The notes: a model not told the origin generated them from the letters alone. Counted from the first letter of the stretch, positions 17,525 to 28,571 are shown. The stretch is 41,432 bases of DNA from Acidimicrobiia bacterium (GCA_052032125.1 JBPEXB010000573.1:1-41432); one strand, 5' to 3'. A program made the numbers and translations.

Positions 17525-17536
17525 TGGAACGTTCCA
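17525..17536. promoter_or_regulatory. LacI-type operator candidate, perfect palindrome TGGAACGTTCCA
   Basis: Perfect 12-bp dyad with a central CG, 91 bp upstream of the permease ATG. Shares the 15-mer GATGGAACGTTCCAA with the site at 25432. Confidence 0.6.
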
Positions 17537-17626
17537 ACAGAACGTGCTCTCCCGAGCGCGCTGCAGTCGCGATCGATACACTCGACGACCCTGGTGGAGG
17601 AGCACGGATGGGACAGGAGGTAGCTG

Positions 17627-19530
17627 ATGGCAACCACGGTTGAGGAAGCGGCAGCACCGGCACCGGCTCCCGACGAGCGACTCGCCTACCGAGGCCCGAT
17701 CCAGAAGCTCCTGACCCGTCCCGAGATCGGCGGTCTCATCGGAGCCGCCTCCATCTGGATCTTCTTCTGGGGCGTCGGCGACGTCTTCGGCACCACGGCC
17801 GGCACGAACAACTACCTCGATGTGAGCGCCGGGCTGGGCATCATGGCGGTGGCGGTCGCCCTCCTGATGATCGGCGGCGAGTTCGACCTGAGCTCGGGCG
17901 CCATGACCGGCGCCACCGGCATGCTGGTCGTGCTCCTGGTCAAGGAACCGGGAGAATTCGGCGGAGCCGGGTTGCCCCTGTCGATCGCCATCCCGCTCAC
18001 GCTGGCGTTCGCACTGGGCGTGGGCTGGGTGAACGGCACCATCGTCGAACGCACCAGGCTCCCGAGCTTCATCGTCACCCTCGGCACCTTCTTCGTGCTG
18101 CGGGGCGCCAAGCTCGGATTCGCCAAGCTCTTCACCGACAAGGTGATCGTCGAGGGTCTCAACGACGCCCCCGACTTCGACTTCTGGGCCAACATCTTCG
18201 GCTCGGTGTGGATTCGCAACGACCACCTCTGGGAGGAGTTCCTCGGGGGCCGCAACGTCGTGTTCGCCGTACTGGCGCTCGCCGGAGGCGTGGCCCTGGT
18301 GCTCGGGCTGCTGCACCTCAGCCTCGTGCGGCGCCCGGAGACCTCCGGTTCCGCCTTGCCGATCTTCGTGCTCGGGCTGGCGGGAACGATCGGTGGCGTC
18401 ATCATGCTGGCCAACTCGGACGGCACCGGTGCCAACTGGACCGGCTCGATCATCGTGGCGCTCGGCGCCCTCGTCGGCGTGTACGGCTACAGCCGCTGGC
18501 GGTTCGAGGGCTCCGGCTCCGATCGCGGATCGCTGTCGTTCGGGGGCGACGTCGGGCGGAGAACTGGCATCGGCATCGGCCTCGTCGTGCTCGGCGTCGT
18601 CGCCGGCCTGGTGCTCGACTCGACGTCGGAGACCGAGATCGGGTTCCTGCTGACGGTGCAAGGGTTGCGGGCGATCCTCTTCGCCGGGCTGGTCATCCTC
18701 GGCGTCATCGCGTTGCTCACCGCTGCCCGCCGGGCGGAGGGCTCGCCAGTGACGACGATGGCGGTGACCGTGCTGACCGCCATCGTGGTGGCGGGGGTGG
18801 GCTTCGTCGTGCAGGCCGAGGCAGCCTCGCGCAAGTTCCGAGCGGAGTTCTTCGCCTGGATGATGCTGGCCGCGTTGCTGCTGTTGATCACCGGGGTCGT
18901 GCGGTACATGTTCACGCAGCGCCGCTACGCCGATGACGCCGGCGACCGACTCGGCCGGCTGCTCTCCACCATCGGCATCGGCCTGGTGGTCGTGGCCGTC
19001 GCCATCCGCTTGCTGTGGTCGACCGCTGCCGAGGTCGAGGCGTCGCCTGCGGTCATCACGTATCGGATCTCCGTGCTGTACTTCTTCCTCTTCGCTGCCG
19101 CGGCCACCTGGGTGCTGACCCGGACGAAGTTCGGGAGCTGGACGTTCGCCGTCGGTGGCAACGCCGACGCGGCGAGACAAGTCGGCGTGCCGGCCGCCAG
19201 GACGAAGACCCAGCTGTTCATGACCGTCTCGGCGGCTGCCTGGCTGGTCGGCCTCCTCGTGGCGTTCCGCCTGAACTCGGTGCAGGCGAACACCGGCGAC
19301 GGGCTGGAGTTCTTCTACATCATCGCCGCCGTGGTAGGCGGCAATCTGCTGACGGGCGGCTACGGCTCGACGTCGGGTGCGGCCATCGGCGCGATCATCA
19401 TGGCGATGTCGTTCCAGGGCATCCCGTTCTCGGGTTGGAACTCCGACTGGCGGTTCCTCTTCGTCGGGGTGATCTTGCTCCTGGCGGTGCTGGTCAACAA
19501 CTACGTACGGGGCCGAGCGGAGGCATCACG

Positions 19531-19534
<4 letters not shown>
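17627..19534 (+). CDS. CUT2-type sugar ABC transporter permease, unusually long (635 aa)
   Basis: GGAGG RBS 7 nt upstream. The N-terminal part has '[13 protein letters not shown]' and '[15 protein letters not shown]'. The C-terminal part has '[25 protein letters not shown]' and '[15 protein letters not shown]'. About 265 extra hydrophobic residues lie between them. Confidence 0.85.
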
Positions 19535-20883
<1,349 letters not shown>

Positions 20884-20961
20884 GTCGCCCGCCGATCCGC
20901 CGTTGACGCGACTGCGCGTCTCGACCGGCCGATCTGCCGACGAGCGCCCTGAAGGGACGAC

Positions 20962-21927
20962 ATGACGACGCACGGGGCCGATGGCCCGATCGAGGTCCTC
21001 ACGGTGGGTCGGATCAGCGTCGACCTCTATGCCGAGCAGCTCGACACGCCGACCCGGGACGTGCAGACGTACCGCAAGTCGATCGGTGGCACGGCCACCA
21101 ACGTCGCCGTGGCGGCCGCCCGCATGGGCCGGCACGCGGCCGTCTTCACCCGGGTGGGCAACGACCAGTTCGGCGATTACGTGCGTCACGCCTTGACGGG
21201 GTTCGGGGTGGACACCCGCTTCGTCGGCACCGACGACGGACTGCTCACGCCCCTCGCCTTCGCGGAGCTCGACCCGCCCGAGGACCCGACGATCTTCTTC
21301 TATCGCGAGCCGCGGGCACCCGACATGAACATCACCACGTCCGATGTCGACCTCGACCTCGTCCGGGACGTGCCGATCCTCTGGATCCCGGCGTCCCGGT
21401 TCGCCTTCGAGCCGAGCCGCACGACGGTGCTCGAGCTCCTCGCCGCCCGCGGCCGTGCCCGCCACACCATCCTCGACCTCGACTGGCGCCCCATGTTCTG
21501 GGAGTCGCCCGAACAGGCCCACGCCGAGCTGCAGCCGGTGCTCGACACGGTGACGATGGCGATCGGCAACCGGGCAGAGTGCGAGGTGGCGGTGGGGACC
21601 ACCGACCCGGGCGAGGCGGCCGATCGCCTCCTGGCACACGGTCTGGAGGCGGCCATCGTCAAGCAGGGAGGTGACGGCGTGTTCGTCGCCACCGTGGACG
21701 GAACCCGCCAGTGGATCGACCCCTTCCCCGTCGAGGTCGTGTGCGGCCTGGGCGCCGGCGACGCCTTCGGAGGCGTGTTGTGCCACGGCCTGCTCTCCGG
21801 GTGGGATCTGCCCGCCGCGGCCCGGCTGGCCAATGCCGCCGGCGCCTACGTGGCGACCAAGCTGACCTGTGCCGACGCCATGCCCTCGGTGGAAGAGCTG
21901 GACGGATTCGTGGCGGCCCGCACGTGA
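20962..21927 (+). CDS. iolC: 5-dehydro-2-deoxygluconokinase (PfkB family)
   Basis: 321 aa with 'VGRISVDLY', 'GGTATNVAV' and the C-terminal PfkB signature 'GAGDAFGG'. Sits in an iol gene context. Confidence 0.8.
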   Translation: MTTHGADGPIEVLTVGRISVDLYAEQLDTPTRDVQTYRKSIGGTATNVAVAAARMGRHAAVFTRVGNDQFGDYVRHALTGFGVDTRFVGTDDGLLTPLAFAELDPPEDPTIFFYREPRAPDMNITTSDVDLDLVRDVPILWIPASRFAFEPSRTTVLELLAARGRARHTILDLDWRPMFWESPEQAHAELQPVLDTVTMAIGNRAECEVAVGTTDPGEAADRLLAHGLEAAIVKQGGDGVFVATVDGTRQWIDPFPVEVVCGLGAGDAFGGVLCHGLLSGWDLPAAARLANAAGAYVATKLTCADAMPSVEELDGFVAART

Positions 21928-22937
21928 GCGATCCGCTGCGCGTCGCGATCCTGGGCACCGGCCGGATCGGCCGCATGCATGCCGAGCTCGTTGCCCGGTC
22001 CGTGGAGTCCACCGAACTGGTCGCCGTCCAGGACGTGGTCGACGACGCCGCAGCCGCCGTCGCCGACCAACTCGGTGCTCGTCACGCCCGATCCCTCGAC
22101 GAGGTGCTGAGCGACGACGCCGTCGAAGCGGTGTGCATCGCGACCAGCACCGACACCCATGTCGACGTGATGGTGGCGGCTGCCGAGGCCGGCAAGGCGA
22201 TCCTGTGCGAGAAGCCGATCTCGCTCGACCTGGCCGAGGTCGATCGAGGGCTGTCGGCCGTCTCCGCCGCCGGCGTCCCGCTGCAGATCGGCTTCAACCG
22301 TCGTTTCGACGCCGCCCACCGGGCGGTCGCCGAGGCGGTGGCGGCCGGCGAGGTGGGCGACCTCCACGTGCTGCGGATCACCAGTCGCGATCCCGACCCG
22401 CCCCCGATCTCGTACATCGAGGTGTCAGGCGGGATCTTCCTGGACATGACCATCCACGACTTCGACATGGCCCGCTACGTCACCGGCAGCGAGGTGGTCG
22501 AGGTCGCCGCGCACGGTGCCGTTCGGGTCGATCCGGCGATCGGCGAGGCCGGCGACCTCGACACGGCCGTGATCACGCTCACCCACGCCAACGGAGCGTT
22601 CACGGTGATCGACAACAGCCGCCGGGCCGTCTACGGGTACGACCAGCGCGTGGAGGCCTTCGGGTCCGGGGGCATGGTGGCGTCGGACAACCCGCTCGCG
22701 CACACCACCAGCCGGTCGGACGCCACGGGCACCCATCAGGCGACCCTCCCCTACTTCTTCTTGGATCGCTACATCCCGTCCTACATCGCCGAGTGGGAAG
22801 CGTTCGCAGAGGCCGTTCGATCGGGCACCGAGCCACCTGTCACCGGGAGCGACGGGCGGGCGCCGTTGGTGATCGGGCTGGCCGCCTGGCGCTCGGTCCG
22901 CGAGCGACGGAGGGTGGCGGTCGAGGAGATCGGATGA
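21924..22937 (+). CDS. iolG: inositol 2-dehydrogenase-like Gfo/Idh/MocA oxidoreductase
   Basis: 337 aa with 'RVAILGTGRIGRMHA', 'ILCEKPIS' and 'GFNRRFD'. The GTG start overlaps the iolC stop. Confidence 0.75.
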   Translation: MSDPLRVAILGTGRIGRMHAELVARSVESTELVAVQDVVDDAAAAVADQLGARHARSLDEVLSDDAVEAVCIATSTDTHVDVMVAAAEAGKAILCEKPISLDLAEVDRGLSAVSAAGVPLQIGFNRRFDAAHRAVAEAVAAGEVGDLHVLRITSRDPDPPPISYIEVSGGIFLDMTIHDFDMARYVTGSEVVEVAAHGAVRVDPAIGEAGDLDTAVITLTHANGAFTVIDNSRRAVYGYDQRVEAFGSGGMVASDNPLAHTTSRSDATGTHQATLPYFFLDRYIPSYIAEWEAFAEAVRSGTEPPVTGSDGRAPLVIGLAAWRSVRERRRVAVEEIG

Positions 22938-23872
22938 GCCGGGTCTGGATGACCGGTGGCACCGGATTCGTCGGAAGCAACATCATGATGGCTGCCCTCG
23001 AACGGGGTCACGAGGTGCTGACCACCGTCCACACCTTTCGAGCGCCGCCCGACGCGGCCTACCGCACCGAGCAGGTCGACATGAACGATCCCGAGGCGGT
23101 GCGATCCAGCGTCGACAACCATCAGCCCGACATCGTGATCCACTGCGCCATCCTCAACGACCTCGCCGGTCTCTACGAGGACCGCCGGGCCGGCTGGGAC
23201 AGCTATGTCGAGGCCACTCGCTCGACGGCGGCCGCCGCCGAGCGGGCTGGCGCGGCGTATGTGCTCATCTCGACCGACTGGGTGTTCGACGGGACGCAGG
23301 CGCTGGCCGACGAGACGACGCCTCCCAACCCGATCAACCTCTATGGCATGTTCAAGTTCGCCAGCGAGATCGTGGCACTCGAACGCGGAGGTGCCGTGGC
23401 GAGGGTGTCGGGGGTGAACGGCCTGCACCGGACCCGCCCGGAGACGCCGCGCAGCCAGGACCCGGGCTTCGGCTATTTCGTCGCCTCCCTGGTCGACAGC
23501 CTCGGCGAGGGTCAGCCGTTCACGGTGTGGGAGTCGCCCGACATCAACATGCGGGCGACCCCCTCGCTCGCCTCGGACTCGGCCGAGATGATCATCGACA
23601 TCGGCAGCGAGCGGCTGACCGGCGTCTTCCACTGCTGTGGCGCCGACGGGGTCGGTCGGATGGAGCTCGCCAAGCTCGCCTGCGAGGTGTTCGACCTCGA
23701 TCCGACTCTGGTGCGGTCCGGACCTCCCCCTCCCGACGTCATGCCGGGCGTCCCGGTACCGCACGACACGACCCTGTCCCGGCCCCGCACGACCGAGTTG
23801 CTCGGGCGCCCGGGCAGCAGCGTGCTCGACCTGCTCCAACGATTCCGCACCGAGTACGAGGCGGCCCGGTGA
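22934..23872 (+). CDS. NAD(P)-dependent SDR, RmlD/epimerase-like
   Basis: 312 aa with 'WMTGGTGFVGSNI' and catalytic 'YGMFK' (YxxxK). The ATG overlaps the upstream stop (ATGA). Confidence 0.7.
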   Translation: MSRVWMTGGTGFVGSNIMMAALERGHEVLTTVHTFRAPPDAAYRTEQVDMNDPEAVRSSVDNHQPDIVIHCAILNDLAGLYEDRRAGWDSYVEATRSTAAAAERAGAAYVLISTDWVFDGTQALADETTPPNPINLYGMFKFASEIVALERGGAVARVSGVNGLHRTRPETPRSQDPGFGYFVASLVDSLGEGQPFTVWESPDINMRATPSLASDSAEMIIDIGSERLTGVFHCCGADGVGRMELAKLACEVFDLDPTLVRSGPPPPDVMPGVPVPHDTTLSRPRTTELLGRPGSSVLDLLQRFRTEYEAAR

Positions 23873-23874
23873 CC

Positions 23875-24537
23875 ATGCCCGTGCGGCTGCTGATGGCAGC
23901 CGTGCTCATCACCTCCGCTTGCGGAGGCCCGCAGTTCATCGACGACCCTCAGGACGCGGTCGCCCGGCTCTCGGGGGTGGTGTGCGGCGAGGAGGTCGTC
24001 GCCACGGCTGCCGTCATCCGCGACGAGCTGATGGTGACGGCCGCGCACACGGTCGCCGGGGCCGACGGGCCGCTGCTGATCACCTTCGCCGACGGCGAGT
24101 CGTTCCAGGCGTCGGTCGTCGGCTTCGACCGCCATCGCGATGTCGCCTTCCTGGCCACGCCGGGCATGCATCGCCTGCCCATCCGGATGGGTGATCCGAC
24201 CGGCGACGACCGCGGCTCCGTCCTCCGCCTGAGCTCGCAGCTCGACCCGGAGTCGGTGTCCTACGAAGCGGCCGAGCTGGTCGTGGCGGTCGGGCATGAC
24301 ATCTTCGACGATCCGAGCGAGGTGCGAAGGGCGAACGTCCGCATCGACGCCACGGTCGGTCCCGGGTTCTCAGGTGCGCCGGTGCTCGACGAGGAGGGGA
24401 CGCTGACCGGGATCGTCAGCGCCCGATCCCGCGCCACCTCGCTCGTCTATGCCGTCGCCACCAGCGAGATCCGGTTGGCGTTCGCCGAGACCGACCTGGC
24501 CACGCCGGCGCGCAACGATCGCTGCGCTAGAGGCTGA
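23875..24537 (+). CDS. secreted trypsin-like serine protease (probable lipoprotein)
   Basis: 220 aa. Signal peptide ending 'LITSAC'. Triad contexts 'TAAHTV', 'DVAFL' and 'GFSGAPV'. Starts 3 nt after the SDR stop. Confidence 0.7.
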   Translation: MPVRLLMAAVLITSACGGPQFIDDPQDAVARLSGVVCGEEVVATAAVIRDELMVTAAHTVAGADGPLLITFADGESFQASVVGFDRHRDVAFLATPGMHRLPIRMGDPTGDDRGSVLRLSSQLDPESVSYEAAELVVAVGHDIFDDPSEVRRANVRIDATVGPGFSGAPVLDEEGTLTGIVSARSRATSLVYAVATSEIRLAFAETDLATPARNDRCARG

Positions 24538-25411
24538 GTGACCGTAGATAGGCGACGCTGGCTTCGGCGTCGTGGATGGGGCCTTCGCCTTCGGCGGGCG
24601 AGACCGACAGCGCCTTGTCCTGCTCGAGCACGTACCAGCCCTGGAACCCGATCGATTCGAGGTGCCGGATGACGCCGGCGATGTCGACCGCGCCCTGGCC
24701 GAGCGGCGTGAAGAGGCCGTCGATCACCGCCTGGCGAAACGGTCGCTCTCCCGCCATCACCTGCTCGCCCATCACCGGGTCGACGTCCTTGAGGTGGACG
24801 TGGACCGTTCGATCCCCTGCCGCCCTGGCCACCTCGACGGGATCGGCCCCGCCCAGGAACACGTGGCCCGTGTCGAGGCACAGGCCGACGTCGCAGTCGT
24901 CGAGCAGCCGGTAGATGTCGCGGCGCAGGTCGACCGCCATGCCGTAGTGGGGGTGCACCGCGGCCGTGAGGCCGTGCTCGGAACTGTTGTCGTCCACCCA
25001 TTCGACGTTGCGGATGAAGTACTCCCACTCCTCGTCGTCGAGAGAGATGCGGGTGTCGTAGCCGTCGTGCGACGACGCCGGGCCCAGCACCAGGATGTCC
25101 GATCCGGCGCCCGCCAGGGTGGCGGCGGCTCGATCGGCGTAGGCCCGCTGGTCTTCGATCAGGTCCGGGCGGTAGAGCACCAGGGGGACGAAGGCGCCAA
25201 TCAGGGACAGATCGTGCTGCTCGAGCACCGGGTTGAGCGCCACGGGGTCGACCGGGAGATAGCCGTCGGGTCCCAGCTCGGTCGCCTTGAGGCCGACATC
25301 GTGCATCTCCCGCAGGACGCGATCGCGGTCCATGAGGTGTCCCCACCCGGGTGAGCCGTCCACACCCCAGGTGATGGGGGCTCCGGCGATGCGATCGAGG
25401 AACGAGGTCAT
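24527..25411 (-). CDS. iolE: inosose dehydratase-like xylose-isomerase-fold (TIM barrel) protein
   Basis: 294 aa with 'GAPITWGV', 'HPHYGM', 'DTGH', 'HVHLKDV' and 'GFQGWYVLEQD', which parallels IolE. The 3' end overlaps the protease 3' end by 11 nt. Confidence 0.7.
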   Translation of the reverse strand: MTSFLDRIAGAPITWGVDGSPGWGHLMDRDRVLREMHDVGLKATELGPDGYLPVDPVALNPVLEQHDLSLIGAFVPLVLYRPDLIEDQRAYADRAAATLAGAGSDILVLGPASSHDGYDTRISLDDEEWEYFIRNVEWVDDNSSEHGLTAAVHPHYGMAVDLRRDIYRLLDDCDVGLCLDTGHVFLGGADPVEVARAAGDRTVHVHLKDVDPVMGEQVMAGERPFRQAVIDGLFTPLGQGAVDIAGVIRHLESIGFQGWYVLEQDKALSVSPAEGEGPIHDAEASVAYLRSLSL

Positions 25412-25431
25412 GGCATCCGGCGGTCAGACGA

Positions 25432-25443
25432 TGGAACGTTCCA
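25432..25443. promoter_or_regulatory. LacI-type operator candidate, perfect palindrome TGGAACGTTCCA
   Basis: Centred in the 59-bp divergent region between iolE and the lactonase gene. Flanked by the inverted repeat CCGGCGGT (25417-25424) / ACCGCCGG (25449-25456). Confidence 0.6.
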
Positions 25444-25470
25444 AGTATACCGCCGGCACGTGGGACTACC

Positions 25471-26370
25471 GTGGCCGGTGTGAGCCGGGAACCTGTGATC
25501 GAGTGTGTCGTCGGCGGCGGCGCCGCCGTGGGCGAGAACCCCCTGTGGAGCCCCGGAGAAGGGCTCCTCTATTGGATCGACATCGAAGGCAGGCGCATCC
25601 ACCGCTACGAGCCATCGACCGGCGCGACGACCTCGATGACCACCGAGGGTCGACCGGGATCGATCGCCCTCACGACGACACCGGGCCGGTTCGTCGTGGC
25701 GACCGAGGCGGAGGTGGGGATGACGACCTGGCCCGACGGCCAGGTCGAGGGCCTGGTCACGGTCGAGCAGCCGGGGACCGGCAATCGCATGAACGACGGC
25801 CGGGCGACGCCGCACGGTTCGATGGTGGTCGGCTCGATGTACGAGTCGCCGGCAGAGGAACGGTTCACCGGCGAGCTCCACGTCGTGATGCCGGGCGGCG
25901 GGCACCGCACGATTCGCCGCGACATCGGCGTCAGCAACGGGCAGGCGTTCTCGGCCGACGGGTCGACCTACTACTTCGCCGACAGCCTGCGCGGCATCGT
26001 CTGGCGCTACGCATGGCGGACGGACCCGGAAGGACCGGTGGACGAACAGGTCTTCTTCGACTTCGAAGGGCAGCTCCCGGGCCGCCCCGACGGGGCCTGC
26101 GTCGACGCCGACGACTGCTACTGGATCGCCTGCGTCGGTGGAGGATGCATCGCCCGCATCACCCCCGACGGCCGCCTCGACCGGGTCATCGACCTCCCGC
26201 TCGAGCATCCGACGATGCCGGCGTTCGGGAGCCCGGATCTCGACGTGCTGTACGTCACGAGTCTCGGTGGCCCCGGCACGGAACCGGATGCGTCCACGCT
26301 CGGCCCCGGGGCCGTGCTGGCCGTGGACGTGGGTTGCACCGGGCTCGCCGAGCCTGTCTTCGCCGGCTGA
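25471..26370 (+). CDS. SMP-30 / gluconolactonase / LRE-family protein
   Basis: 299 aa with 'GENPLWSPGEGLLYWIDI', 'NDGRATPHG' and 'PDGACVDADDCYW'. GTG start is tentative. Confidence 0.75.
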   Translation: MAGVSREPVIECVVGGGAAVGENPLWSPGEGLLYWIDIEGRRIHRYEPSTGATTSMTTEGRPGSIALTTTPGRFVVATEAEVGMTTWPDGQVEGLVTVEQPGTGNRMNDGRATPHGSMVVGSMYESPAEERFTGELHVVMPGGGHRTIRRDIGVSNGQAFSADGSTYYFADSLRGIVWRYAWRTDPEGPVDEQVFFDFEGQLPGRPDGACVDADDCYWIACVGGGCIARITPDGRLDRVIDLPLEHPTMPAFGSPDLDVLYVTSLGGPGTEPDASTLGPGAVLAVDVGCTGLAEPVFAG

Positions 26371-26379
26371 TGATCTCGT

Positions 26380-26391
26380 TGGAGCGCTCCA
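26380..26391. promoter_or_regulatory. LacI-type operator candidate TGGAGCGCTCCA
   Basis: Perfect palindrome that extends to 14 bp (TTGGAGCGCTCCAA, 26379-26392). Lies between the lactonase stop and the 2-hydroxyacid dehydrogenase start. Confidence 0.5.
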
Positions 26392-26433
26392 AGCCGCTTC
26401 GCTAGCCTTGATGACACCCGGTAGCGAGGCACA

Positions 26434-27399
26434 GTGGCGAAGCACACCGTCTGGTTCGAACGACCGCTCATCCCCGAGCTCGCCGACCACGTCCTGTCGC
26501 TCGTCGAGCCCGTGTTCCCCGGTGACGAGCCCTACGGGAGGCTCGACGAGGCTGTCGGCGCCGTCGTCGGGGTGCGGGTCTTCGACGCCGAGGTCATGGA
26601 CTCTGCTCCCCGCCTGGTGGTCATCGCTCGCAGCGGCATCGGGACGGACGCAGTGGACCTCGCAGCGGCCACGGCCAGAGGCATCGCGGTGTGCAACGCC
26701 CCTGCGGGCCCGACCCGGTCGACGGCCGAGCATGCCGTGGCGTTGATGCTGGCGGCCGCCAAGGCCATCCCGCTCGGCGCTGCCCGACTACGGGCGGGTG
26801 AGCCTGAGCTCTACGCCCGGCACCGAGCCATGCAGTTGGAGGGCAAGACGCTCGGATTGGTCGGTTGCGGGAGGATCGCCCGCCAGGTGGCGGCGATGGG
26901 AACCGGCCTCGGGATGTCGGTGATCGCCTTCGACCCCTACGTCGGCGAGGCACCGGAGCAGGTGACGCTCGTCACGGACCTCGCCGACCTCCTCGCTGTC
27001 GCGGACGTCGTGTCGGTCCACGTGCCACTCTCGTCTGAGACCCACCACCTGTGCGACGCCTCGTTCTTCAGCGGGATGCAACCCGGCGCGGTGTTCGTGA
27101 ACTCGGCTCGCGGCGGGCTGGTCGACCAGGAGGCGCTGCTCGACGCAGTGGAGCGGGGCCACCTGCTCGGCGCCGGGCTCGACGTGACCGACCCGGAGCC
27201 CCTGCCCGCCGACCACCCGCTGCTCCGCCATCCGGCGATCGTCGTGACCCCGCACATCGCCACCGCCACCCCGGAAGGCCGGCGCGGCAACTTCATGGGC
27301 GCCTTCGAAGGCGTCGTCGATGTCCTGGCCGGCCGAAGACCCCAGCACCTCGTCAATCCCGAGGTCTGGGAGCATCGGGTCAGGGGGGCCACGGCATGA
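26434..27399 (+). CDS. D-isomer-specific 2-hydroxyacid dehydrogenase family protein
   Basis: 321 aa. NAD-binding 'LGLVGCGRIARQVA', catalytic region 'NSARGGLVD', and 'TPHIA'. Confidence 0.8.
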   Translation: MAKHTVWFERPLIPELADHVLSLVEPVFPGDEPYGRLDEAVGAVVGVRVFDAEVMDSAPRLVVIARSGIGTDAVDLAAATARGIAVCNAPAGPTRSTAEHAVALMLAAAKAIPLGAARLRAGEPELYARHRAMQLEGKTLGLVGCGRIARQVAAMGTGLGMSVIAFDPYVGEAPEQVTLVTDLADLLAVADVVSVHVPLSSETHHLCDASFFSGMQPGAVFVNSARGGLVDQEALLDAVERGHLLGAGLDVTDPEPLPADHPLLRHPAIVVTPHIATATPEGRRGNFMGAFEGVVDVLAGRRPQHLVNPEVWEHRVRGATA

Positions 27400-28571
27400 C
27401 GTTCCGACCCCGCATCGGCTTGGTGGGGTTCGGATGGATGGGCCAGGCCCACTCCCGGTCCTACCGATCCATCCCGACCTACTTCCCGGAATCGAACATC
27501 GTCCCGGTGCTGGCCGCCGTCTCCGACACGGTCGAGGCCCGGACGAAGCTGGCGGTGGAGAACTTCGGCTACGAGAGCAGCACCTCCGACTGGCGCGAGC
27601 TCGTGCAGCGGGACGACATCGACGTCATCGACATCACGGCGCCGAACGCCATGCACGAGGAGATCGCAGTTGCTGCCGCAACGGCCGGCAAGCACATCTT
27701 CTGTGAGAAGCCGGTCGGCATCACGCCCGACGCCACGGCTCGCATCGAGCGGGCCGCCCGCGATGCGGACATCATCACCGGCGTCGGCTTCAACTACCGC
27801 TGGGCGCCGCTGGTCCGGCACACGCGCTCACTGATCGAGCAGGGGCGATTGGGCGACCCGACCCACTACCGCGGCCGGTTCTTCTCGATGTACGGCCGTG
27901 ACCGGCTCGGCCTCCTCAGCTGGCGGTTCCTCCAGGACGAGGCCGGCTACGGAGCCCTCAGCGACATCATGTCGCACGCCATCGACCTCGCCCAGTTCCT
28001 CTACGGGCCCATCCGCCGGGTGGTCTCGGTCAAGGAGATCTTCGTGAAGGAGCGGCCGCTCCCCTCCCCCGGCGCCGGCACCCACTACGAGCGAGGAGCG
28101 CCCGGCGACCCCACGGGCGCGGTCACCAACGAGGACTACGTCGGGGCGCTGATCGAGTTCGCCAACGGTGCGCGAGGCACCCTGGAAGCGGATCGCTCGA
28201 TCTTCGGTCCTCAGAGTCAGATGGCCTTCGAGCTCAACGGTTCCAAGGGTGCGGCGGCATGGGACCACGAGAAGCTCAACCAGCTCCAGCTCTACCTCCC
28301 CGAGGAACAGCCCTCCGACGGGTTCATCGAGGTGCTCGCCGGCGACTGGCTGCCCCGGCAGGGCAACATCGTGCCGGGAGGGGGCAACTCGGTCGGTTAC
28401 GAGGACATGAAGGTGCTGGAGGCGCTCGAGTACCTGGTCTCGGTGGAAGCCGGGAAGGCGCACAGCCCGGGGTTCGAGGATGCACTGGCCGCCGCCAGTG
28501 TGGCGGCCGCCATGGTGCGGTCGTGGGATTCGGAACGCTGGGAGGACGTCGCCACCCTGCGTCTCGATTGA
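27396..28571 (+). CDS. Gfo/Idh/MocA family oxidoreductase
   Basis: 391 aa with 'IGLVGFGWMGQAHS' and 'IFCEKPVG'. The ATG overlaps the upstream stop (ATGA). Confidence 0.8.
   Translation: MTFRPRIGLVGFGWMGQAHSRSYRSIPTYFPESNIVPVLAAVSDTVEARTKLAVENFGYESSTSDWRELVQRDDIDVIDITAPNAMHEEIAVAAATAGKHIFCEKPVGITPDATARIERAARDADIITGVGFNYRWAPLVRHTRSLIEQGRLGDPTHYRGRFFSMYGRDRLGLLSWRFLQDEAGYGALSDIMSHAIDLAQFLYGPIRRVVSVKEIFVKERPLPSPGAGTHYERGAPGDPTGAVTNEDYVGALIEFANGARGTLEADRSIFGPQSQMAFELNGSKGAAAWDHEKLNQLQLYLPEEQPSDGFIEVLAGDWLPRQGNIVPGGGNSVGYEDMKVLEALEYLVSVEAGKAHSPGFEDALAAASVAAAMVRSWDSERWEDVATLRLD

Noticed and set aside
17443-17643. 66-aa ORF spanning the GTAC heptad array
   Set aside because: It reads through a period-7 repeat, which is not a multiple of 3, and through the operator and the permease RBS. 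It has no RBS of its own. Most likely an artefact.
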